A DNA stretch of 64,000 nucleotides, taken from positions 46,190,001 through 46,254,000 of the forward strand of contig OX597826.1 of NCBI GenBank assembly GCA_951406725.2, written 5' to 3'. The position numbers and the translations under genes were made by a program. The DNA is from Octopus vulgaris (Eukaryota). Position 1 is the first letter of the stretch. Each line of letters starts with the position of its first letter. Below are positions 53,881 through 64,000 of the stretch, piece after piece. The notes beneath the pieces are model-generated. The model had not been told where the DNA came from and searched no databases. It saw only the letters and a list, made by a program, of their open reading frames with translations.

Positions 53881-54319
53881 TCTCTCTATATATAAAACTG
53901 AGAATGTGTGTGTGTGTGTCTGTCTGTCTGTCTGTGTGTTTCCCTAAAACTTGAGAACTACACAACTAATTTCATTCAAATTTTACACATGCCTTACTTA
54001 GGGTCTGGGGAGTGTTATCGGCAAAAAAAGTTTTTAACTTTTTGCCTAGGGCGAGCCCACAGCAATATCATATCTTCTCCACTATGATTCCCTAAAACTT
54101 GAGAACTACACAACTAATTTCATTCAAATTTTACACATGCCTTACTTAAGGGCAAAAAAAATGTTCAACTTCTTGCCTAGAGTGAGCCCATAGCAATATC
54201 ATATAACTTTGTATTTTGTATTTTATGTGTAGATGTATATATATAAATGTACATGTAATATGTACACATATATACATGCACTAGCACTATGACCCAGCAA
54301 CGACGGGTCATAATGCTAG
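53881..54319 (+). mobile_element. Non-autonomous Helitron
   Basis: A|TC start (TCTCTCTATATATAAAA), (GTCT)n near the 5' end, 3' hairpin GACCC..GGGTC then CTAG|T, no target duplication; internal direct duplication from 53940 and 54088. Confidence 0.75.
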
Positions 54320-54519
54320 TCTTCTCTAAATGAATAGAAGCTGAATGGAAGCTTGTGATGGAAACTTCCTGTTCTTGAATTAGCAAACATAATCCACCAC
54401 CCAGTTTAACACTACCACCTGATCCCTGGGCACTTTTAGCAGAGTCCACTCTGTTGCAGAAATTCAAATCAAGTCTCTGGTTTGTGAACTTCTCATCAAC
54501 TGGTACCTCCCTTAATTCT

Positions 54520-55240
54520 ATCCCTCACCAGCTGAAGGGGTCTTTGTCTTGTCTTGCAAGTTCCTTGATGACCCCTGCCCTCCATCACCAGCTGGGGGGA
54601 CTTTGTCTAGTCTTGCAAGATCCTTGGTGACCCCTTCCCTCCACCACCAGCTGAGGGGGACTTTGTCTTGTCCTGCAAGTTCCTTGTTGACCTCTGCCCT
54701 CCAGCACCAGCTGAGGGGACTTTTTCTTGTCTTGTAAGTTCTTTGATGACCCCTGCCCTCCACCACCAGCTGAGGGGACTTTGTCTAGTCATGCAAGTTC
54801 TTTGATGACCTCTGCCCTCCACCACCAGCTGAGGGGACTTTGTCTAGTCTTGCATGTTCCTTGGTGACCCCTTCCCTCCACCACCAGCTGAGGGGGACTT
54901 TGTCTTGTCCTGCAAGTTCCTTGTTGACCCCTGTCCTTCATCACCAGCTGAAGCTACTGTGTCTTGTCTTGCAAGTTCCTTGGTGACCCCTGCCCTCCAC
55001 CACCACCTAAGGGAACTTTTGTCTAGCAAGTTCCTTGATAACCCCTGCCCTCCACCACCAGCTGAAGGGACTTTGTCTTGTCTTGCAAGTTCCTTGATGA
55101 CCCCTTCCCTCCACCACCAGCTGAGGGGACTTTGTCTTGTCTTACAAGTTCCTTGTTGACCCCTGCCCTTCATCACCAGCTGAAGGTACTGTGTCTTGTC
55201 CTTCAAGTTCCTTGGTGATCCCTGCCCTCCACCACTAGCT
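54520..55240. repeat. GC-rich minisatellite, unit about 60 bp, about 12 copies
   Basis: Unit CCCTCCACCACCAGCTGAGGGGACTTTGTCTTGTCTTGCAAGTTCCTTGATGACCCCTG. Confidence 0.95.
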
Positions 55241-55365
55241 GTAGAAACCGTACCAAAACAGACAATGGAGCTTTGCACAGACCACTGGTATGTCAGCTCT
55301 TCTCAAACTGTCCAACCCAAGCCAGCATGGAATACAGACATTAAAGGATGATCTTTCATTGTTTA

Positions 55366-55776
<411 letters not shown>

Positions 55777-56599
55777 ATGATGATGATGATGATGATGATG
55801 CTTCTCTTCTTCTATAAGTTTTGGAGGCTGCATTAAAAGGTAAAAAATTATGGGTACTACGAAGCCCCCACTCCACAAGCTATTAAAAGCAGTAATGCAA
55901 GTGACACCTGTTGGTGCATTGCTGCATGCAGTTTCAGTATTCCTTCAGTAGAAGTGACAATGGAGTCATCTGCACAAATCTGCTTAGTTGAATAAAGCAT
56001 GTTGAGGTAGATGGCAATGGTGGGCTGTAGCATGGCCACAGACCAGGTCATTTGGTTTGTTTGTGCTGCCTTACAAATAACGTGAAGAAGACGTTTGGAA
56101 ATGAGATCTATAGAGTGTCTTCATGAGACCAAAATGATGAGAGATGTGAGTTAGGCCTAGCTGGGAAATGAAACCCCACTGCAAATGCTACTGTATGGGA
56201 ACTTTTCATATGGTGGCGGTGGGGGGGGTAGGGAAAAGTAAATATTGATGGAAACACAAGACATATAGAAGTTGGAGAAACAGTTGCTCTGAGAATTGGA
56301 GGATATGAAGAGGCAGAAGAGGAAAAAAGAGTGAAAGAGAGAGAAAGTATGCATGTGTGTGAGTGAGATATATATATATATCAAGTAAGAAAATGAGCTG
56401 ATATTAAGTGTATGTGTGTATGTGATTGAGTGTGTGTATGTGAGTGTGTGGTTCTGCACTGCACATGAAGATATGTGAGTAAAGAAATACACACACACAC
56501 ACAAGTTATATCTAAATATTTATACATATAATTGTATATATATACATATATATTTATATATAAATTGCATATGTATATATATATATTTAGATAGATATG

Positions 56600-56646
<47 letters not shown>

Positions 56647-57248
56647 ACGTATATTTTACATTATAAACATTTATGTATGTATGGTATGGCTACTTGGCTC
56701 TCTCTGAACATGAGTGTGTGTGTGTGTGAGAGAGAGAGAGAGACAGAGAGACAGACGAACAGACAGACAGACAGAGAGGGAGGGAGGGAGAGAGAGATCA
56801 AAGCAAGGAACAGAAGCGGTGAAGGAATCTGCCTGAATAAATAACTGAGTGATAATGAAAAGAAGCAATATTATCTTTGCAGCAAGGTTTAACGAGAGGA
56901 ATTGAATGTTATAAGGAAGCCCCACCAAGAGGGTTTAATTAAAAGAAATTACAATAATATATAATTAAAGACACAGACTTGACTAATAAGGTACAACACA
57001 ACCTAACATCACAACCGACAAACCCCTAAATGAAATTGCATACTGCTTCAGAATAAAAAAAAAAAATTTTAAAACATGCTTTCACCAATTGCATGGCCCT
57101 ATTTTTCTTGGAAACCATTGTCATTGCATTTTAATTAATTTTTTAAATAACCAGGAATTAGGAAAGACGTAAAGATCAGTAATTTTTCAAACACATGGAG
57201 TGTTTGTGAAAGGGAGATAATCGTTTCTACATACTCTCTATTTTTTTC

Positions 57249-57492
57249 TCTTTTACTGGCTTCAGTCATTTGACTGTGGCCATGCTGGAGCACCACCTTT
57301 TAGTCGAGCAAATCGACCCCAGGACTTATTCTTTGTAAGCCTAGTACTTAGTCTATCGGTGTCTTTTGCCAAACCGCTAAGTTACGGGGACGTAAACACA
57401 CCAGCATCGGTTGTCAAGAGATGTTGGGGGGGGGGGGGACAAACACAGACACATAAATATACACACACACACATATACATACATATATATAT

Positions 57493-57557
<65 letters not shown>

Positions 57558-57726
57558 TATGCGACAAGCTTCTTTCAGTTTCCGTCTACCAAATCCACTC
57601 ACAAGGGTTTAGTCGGCCTAAGGCTATAGTAGAAGACACTTGCCTAAGGTGCTATGCAGTGGGACTGAACCCGGAAACATGTGGTTCATAAGCAAGCTAC
57701 TTACCACACAGCCACTCCTATGCCTA
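57249..57726 (-). mobile_element. SINE family A, full length (an older copy follows at about 57820-58212)
   Basis: Reverse complement of the 8417 copy. Confidence 0.85.
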
Positions 57727-58249
57727 TAATATATTTCTACATAATATTTAGTGAGATTTAGAAGTTTGAAATTTAAAACTGAGGACCAAAGAAGAAGACG
57801 TACATATTTTCTCTTTTATCTCATACACGTTCCTGTCATTGGATTGATTGCAACCATGTTGAGTCACCACCCTGAAGGGTTCAGTCAAACAAATGAAGAC
57901 TAGTACTTATGTTTTTTTAAGCTTGTTACTTATCCTATTAATTTCTTTTGCCGAACTGCTAGGTCGTAGATACATAAAGTAACTATCACCAGTTCTGAAG
58001 CGATGGTGTAGGACAAATAAAGACGCAGAGACACACATATATAAATAGACTACAGGTTTCTTTCAGTTTTCGTCTACCAAATCCATTCACAAGGCCATAA
58101 TTGGCCTGAAGCTATAGTACAGACACTTGCCCAAGGTGCCACATAGTGGGACTGAACCCAAGGCCACATGGTTGGAAAGTAAGCTTCTCAACCACACAGT
58201 TACACCAGCACCTTTGCCAGTATGCCACCTTATATATCAATAATAATGA

Positions 58250-58463
58250 TTTCAAATTTTGGCACAAGGCCAGCAGTTTCAGGGTGAGGGAGTTAGTTGG
58301 TTACATTGACCCCGGTACTTGACCAGTACTTTATTTCATCAACCATGGAGGGATGAAAGGTAACGTCAACCATGGCAGAATTTGAAGCCAGAACATAAAA
58401 AACATGAAGAAATGCCGCTAAGCAATTTTGTCTGAAACAATAACAGTTCAGCCAGCTCACCAT
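58250..58463 (-). mobile_element. SINE family B
   Basis: TTTTGGCACAAGGCCAGCAG...GCCGCTAAGC...GCCAGCTCACC. Confidence 0.75.
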
Positions 58464-58512
58464 CTGAAATAATGATAACTCATTCATGGTTGACTATACA
58501 TATATATATATA

Positions 58513-59599
58513 CAGGGTGCAGTGAATAAACTGTCATCTAAGTTACACAAAAATGAAAAATATAACACTGACATCTCATTTTAAAAGATATATTTACCAA
58601 AATTACATAAAGATATTTTTGAAATACTTTTCTTTTCTACTCTAGGCACAAGGCCCTAAATTTTAGGGGAGGAGGCCAGTCGATTAGATCAACTCCAGTA
58701 TGCAACTGGTACTTAATTTATCGACCCTGAAAGAATGGAAGGCAAAATCGACCTTGGTGGAATTTGAACTCAAAAGACAGACAAAATACAGCTAAGCATT
58801 TTGCCCGGTGTGCTAACGTTTCTGCCAGCTTGCTGCCTTCAAAATATCTTGAAATACTAAAGGAGTGAATTTATTCAATAAAATCACCATTGGCTCTCAA
58901 CCATGGCCTCCAGATGACTTTGGAATCTCCTGCAACTCTTCTGGATGGTCTCTTTGCTTAAGTTGGTGAAAGCTGCCATAATCCTTGCCTTCAGTTCATC
59001 TTTGGTGTTACAAGGAGTTTTGTTAGTCTCTCGCTCAATTGTGCCCCACACATAATAATGAAGGGGGTTACAGTCTGGGGAGTTAGGTGGCCAGATGTTA
59101 GGAGTGATGTGGTTGCAGAAATTGTCTGACAACCACAAAGGGTTCTCCTGCTTGTATGGCATGGTGCAGAGTCCTGTTGCCAGACATAGCGTCTTCCAGC
59201 AGCCACCCTCTTGACTCAGGGCAGAACTACTTCCTCCAGGCACTGCCTGAGGCAGTGTGGGAAGATGAATGGAGGCATAATATCGCCATCACTAGTGATC
59301 ACTCCAAATACTATAACGTTGACTGGATGATTGATTTTTATCACTCTTGGTACATGTCATCAGATGAACAGCCAAACACTCTGAAATGTTAATAGTGGAG
59401 CTTCCAGCTCAAATGCTAAGCAGAACAGCATGCCATTTCTAAATCTCTGGCAGAGTGAATTGCATCATGGTGCTGTTTTTCTCACAGACGGTGCCCAACT
59501 GTCCCGTCTATACTGTGTAGTCGATAAAATCAAAAACAACCAATGTGCATGCGCAAAATAAAAACTATAAAATGGCAACAATTTATCCATTGCACCCTG
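58513..59599 (-). mobile_element. Internally deleted Tc1/mariner (DD37D, maT-like) DNA transposon with a SINE B inserted at about 58630-58839
   Basis: TIRs CAGGGTGCAGTGAATAAACTGTC and (reverse complement) CAGGGTGCAATGGATAAATTGTT in TA-rich flanks; transposase remnant inside. Confidence 0.85.
58884..59330 (-). pseudogene. Decayed mariner-like transposase catalytic domain
   Basis: HPVNVIVFGVITSDGDIMPPFIFPH..LP*VKRVAAGRRYVWQQDSAPCHTS [frameshift] WLSDNF..WPPNSPDCNPLHYYVWG..DELKARI. About 37 residues separate the second and third catalytic positions; the third D reads H. Confidence 0.85.
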
Positions 59600-59662
59600 T
59601 GTATATATACACATACATACATACATACATACATACATACATACATACATACATACACACAC

Positions 59663-59694
<32 letters not shown>

Positions 59695-59699
59695 CACGT

Positions 59700-59960
59700 G
59701 ACCGACCAGACCATCAGATGTTGTTACATATCGCTGGTCACAATGTGTTCGCATTGTTTTAGCCTTCGAATGACGTCATCCCGCTGGCTAAGCAAGCAGG
59801 CCAACAGGGAGAAAGAGTGGTGAAAGAGTACAGCAAGGATCACCACCCCCTGCCGGAGCATCGTGGGAGCTTTTTAGGTGTTTTCGCTCAATAAACACTC
59901 ACAACACCCAGCCTGGGAATCGAAACCGCGATCCTACGACTGTAAGTCCGTTGCCCTAAC
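59700..59960 (-). mobile_element. tRNA-headed SINE family C, 5' clipped
   Basis: Matches 2846-3123. Confidence 0.8.
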
Positions 59961-61521
59961 AGACAGATATATACATACTACTATTACTACTATATTATAA
60001 CAAGCTACATTGATAAATCCCTAATAAAGTGTAATTAATCACTGAAACTCACTGCAGAAAGAGTGCATGGAATAGTAATAGTAGTAGAAGCAGCAGAAGT
60101 AGCAGCAGGACTGGTGGTGGTGCAGGTGATGGTGGTATAAGCTGCACCTGAGTATTCTAGACTAAACTATATACATAAACTGCACAAGACTACTTAATCA
60201 CGAGTTCCTATTTTTTATTAAAGAAGTGTTAAGAAGGAAATGGCTGTATTCCGTAATATGATATGAGTATTACATCAGCATAAATGGGGGGTCAGGACAT
60301 TTAATCACAGATTATTTGAATAAATTATATTTTATAATTAAAACAATGACGGCATCAACAAATTAACTTTTCTTTTCTTTCTATAAATTTCTTCCCTAGT
60401 CCTTCAATAATCAGTGCAGCAACGAAGGACATGCGTTAACTGAAGTGGCACAGGTCTTTCTCCTTTGCTTTCTCTTTCTCTCCCCACCCCCCACCTCGGT
60501 GAAACGATTTCAATTAAATTGTACATCTCTTTTTAAATAAGCATTAACATGCTGTAACACTAAATATGAACTTGTGAATTTGTAATTTGCAATAATCTCA
60601 GCCTAATTAAGTGAATGAAATCATTACGTTTAATAAAATATCCATTTTCACTATAAACAAAAACTTAAAAGAAAACAAAACATAAGTGCTACATGTGTAC
60701 TACATTACTACATGTGTACTCATGGTTCTATTGTAATATGATCCTCCATTCTTCCTTCCGCCTACTTTTATAGCATAATACTTTACTGTTAAAGAGTTTT
60801 AAACATATTTCTATTATTCAAATTGATTGAAAGTTAATATTTGGCAGTGATAATTCCACACATAGAGTGCAAACCTCTCTGAGTTCAACAACAACAACAA
60901 CAAGGCCTTAGAAAATATAACAGTGTATTAACTACATCTATGCCTTTTCTGAAATAAACGAAAAAAAAATCAAGATCTTTACAAAGGAGATGACAAAGGT
61001 CAGGAGTAAAAGGTGCATTGCTGTCAACAAAATTGATATCCTGAAACCAAAGTGTCATGTAAAACGCATTGGTGTTGGTGCCATGTAAAATAACACTGGT
61101 GTTGGTGATACATTGGTATTAGGAAGGGCATCCAGCTGTAGAAACCAAGCCAAAATAGACTATGTAACCTGATGTGACCCCTGAACTTGCCAGTTCCCGT
61201 CAAGTCATCCAACCCATGCCAGCATGGAAAACAGACATTAAATGATGATGATGATGATAATAATCTTTGTGGTATTCATGCTAAACAGGAATTCCATAGC
61301 ATTGAATAAGAGGTGAATAAATCTGTTTGAAAATTGGCCCTTCCTAAATAGTATTCTCAGAACATCTGGTATGAAGTCTCCATAGCTACAGGAGTGGCAG
61401 AACATGAAGTATATGGACTTCATTGTCCCATGGTTGAACAATTAAGAAGTTTGCTTTGGAATTATGAGGTCATGGTATCATTCCCATTTCATGACATCTT
61501 GGGTGCAAGTGTTTTCACTGT

Positions 61522-61632
61522 AGCCTTGGGTGAGCTTGAGCTTCAATTGAAACTGAGCAGCCTTGGGTGAGCCTGAGCTTCAATTGAAACTGAGCAGCCT
61601 TGGGTGAACCTGAGCTTCAATTGAAACTGAGT
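61522..61632. repeat. 37-bp tandem repeat, 3 copies
   Basis: AGCCTTGGGTGAGC(C/T)TGAGCTTCAATTGAAACTGAGC at 61522, 61559 and 61596. Confidence 0.9.
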
Positions 61633-61682
61633 AGACAGAAGATGTATGGAAGCCCATCAGATGAAATTCACAGGGCCACTCA

Positions 61683-62025
61683 TGTGTGTGTGTGTGTGTG
61701 TGTGTCTCTCCCTTCTCTTTCAGTCAGGCTGTTTGTCTCTCTCTCTCTCTTCTGTCTCAGTCTGTCTGTCTCTCTCTCTTCTGTTGTCTCAGTCTCCTTC
61801 TTCTTCTTCTCTCTCACACATTCTCTTCTGTCTGTCTGTCTGTCTCTCTTCTGTCTCAGTCTCATTCTTCTCTCTCCCACACACATTCTCTTGTCTGTCT
61901 GTGTCTCTTTCTCTTTCTCTATCTCACATTCTTTTCTGTCTCTCTCACATTCTCCTCTCTCTCTGTCTCTCTCTCTCTCTGTCTGTCTCTCTCTCTGTCT
62001 CTCTCTCTCTCTTACACACACACTA
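61683..62025. repeat. (TG)n plus degenerate (CT/CTGT)n tract
   Basis: Pyrimidine-rich low complexity; the S/L-rich ORFs here are artefacts. Confidence 0.9.
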
Positions 62026-62599
62026 CATCACACTGATTCTGTTTGACAACTACATATCATGTAACATTTATCCAGCCCAAATATTCTACGTTTTATTTTC
62101 AAACTGGGCAGATATGGCCTTTCACACCTACCTACAATGTCATCTTAAAAATAAGCAATCACATCATCAAAATTTCAAAGCTACAAGATAATGCATGATT
62201 ACTTCAAAACAGTGTGAATAAATATGCATTACAATTGATAGAGCAATTAATATGAAGTGTTGAGCACTCAGTCACTTACATTCCAATTTAATGAACATAT
62301 AGTTCAGTTGATCAAACAACTAAAAGCTCATCACTGAAACTGACTAAGATCCATTACTGCCTGAATATACCATTCTATCAATATCAATACATCTTTTTGG
62401 ATTGGATTGCCTGTGTTCAATCCACTGCAGGATGAAGACCTCAGCATGACCTCTCTCCACGAACCACAGTCTGATGTGGAAGCCATGAATCTGAGCTTGA
62501 GATCATATTGGTTTGATGAGCATAGTCTGCCACACTGACTCAACATAGCTGAGCAGAAGGGTGCAATTTTATATACAGTTACCCAGGAGTAGTTAAATT

Positions 62600-62755
62600 A
62601 ATAATATCAACCCCCAAAGCTTAACTGGTACTTATTTTATCAACCCCGAAAGGATGGAAGGCCTTGGCAGAATTTGAACTCAGAATGTAAGTACAGATGA
62701 AATACCACTAAGCATTTTACCCAGTGTAGTATTGATTCTGCTAGCTCACCACCTT
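62600..62755 (-). mobile_element. SINE family B, partial
   Basis: AACTGGTACTTATTTTATCAACCCCGAAAGGATG..GAATTTGAACTCAGAA..AGCTCACCACC. Confidence 0.7.
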
Positions 62756-62975
62756 ATGTTACTGGTACTTAAATAAATAAAAAAAAATCACACATTAGAC
62801 TGATGGTATCTGTTCAGGCTCTTAACATTATGAGTCCAAATTCCATCATGGTCACTTGTGAGCTTAACACTATTACCAACAACGGGCTAATTTATGTATA
62901 TATATCAATATACATACATACACTCACACATATATACACACACATATATGTGTATATACATACATACAATGGAAT

Positions 62976-63030
<55 letters not shown>

Positions 63031-63403
63031 TCAAGCAACCTGTTGCCTGTCACTTTTTCTTATATACAATACATATATACACACACATATATGTGTATAT
63101 ACACACATACAATAATTGTGGTCTTTTTTTAAAAACCATTTTAGAAATTATTTACTCTTATATATATATACACATGTATATATTTGGAGTGTTTTGGAAA
63201 TTCCTTGATACTGTTATAATATTTGGAGAGAAGATTTTTTCTGAAAGAGTTAAGCTTGAGAAAAGAACAAATATATATATAAGCATGCATGCAAGTGTGT
63301 GCATGTATGTGTCCTCCATATTCATATGTTTATGTGTTTCTCTGTGTGTGTGTGTGTGTGTGTTTGCAGGTATGCATATATACATACATATATATACATA
63401 CAT

Positions 63404-63457
<54 letters not shown>

Positions 63458-63567
63458 GTATACACACACACACACACACACACACAGAAACACACAAACA
63501 TATGAATATGGAGGACACATACATGCACACACTTGCATGCATGCTTACGTACATACATGTGCACAAA

Positions 63568-63614
<47 letters not shown>

Positions 63615-63654
63615 CATGCACACACATACTGACCCACATACATGTGCACAAAGA

Positions 63655-63685
<31 letters not shown>

Positions 63686-64000
63686 CACATATATAGCAAT
63701 AATAATTCTCTAAATGAGATATATATATATATATATGAAATGAAGAAATATCTAGATACTTTAGAAAGATTGGTGACATGATACATGTAAATTCAGTACA
63801 GAACCAATACACCTGCTGCGGTATTTTAATAGACATCACAGTAATCTGTGAGTGCTGCACAGCCAAGGTAGCTGAAGATCGCAGGCTTAGATTGAACCAG
63901 CTACCCAAACTTTCAATCCAGGTAATTTTCTTAATTGAGAGAAGGCAGCATGAAGATATCAAAGCTAAAACCACAAAAGCCTGATTTAAGTGGATACCCA

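Noticed and set aside
54520-55240. Array as a CRISPR or as tandem hammerheads (TTGATGA-CCCCT..AGGGG)
   Set aside because: No unique spacers, eukaryotic context, and no GAAA or stem III after the hairpin.
63867-63905. GGTAG-CTGAAGA..GAACCAG-CTACC as a hammerhead
   Set aside because: Lacks GAAA and the UH triplet; explained by a simple 8-bp IR (GGTAGCTG/CAGCTACC).

Overview
AT-rich, microsatellite-dense animal genomic DNA. The repeat complement (tRNA-headed SINEs, RTE LINE and RTE-tailed short elements, TTAA MITEs, long (TA)n/(CA)n/(AG)n) suggests a cephalopod such as Octopus; this is an inference. I recognise no host protein-coding gene, and nearly all ORFs in the track are microsatellite or low-complexity artefacts. 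The only real coding sequences are a near-intact RTE-clade LINE ORF (1-2415, minus strand, one frameshift, continues beyond the window) and a decayed DD37D Tc1/mariner transposase (58.5-59.6 kb). The most notable signal is a set of short non-coding elements, mostly embedded in (TA)n tracts, that carry type I hammerhead ribozyme folds. One is canonical (52813-52908), two form an opposed pair (48802-48907), and several are variant or decayed. Several elements also have long inverted duplications, an architecture expected of non-autonomous Penelope-like or retrozyme-type retroelements. All RNA folds were paired by eye. Repeat boundaries are approximate unless a terminal motif is quoted.
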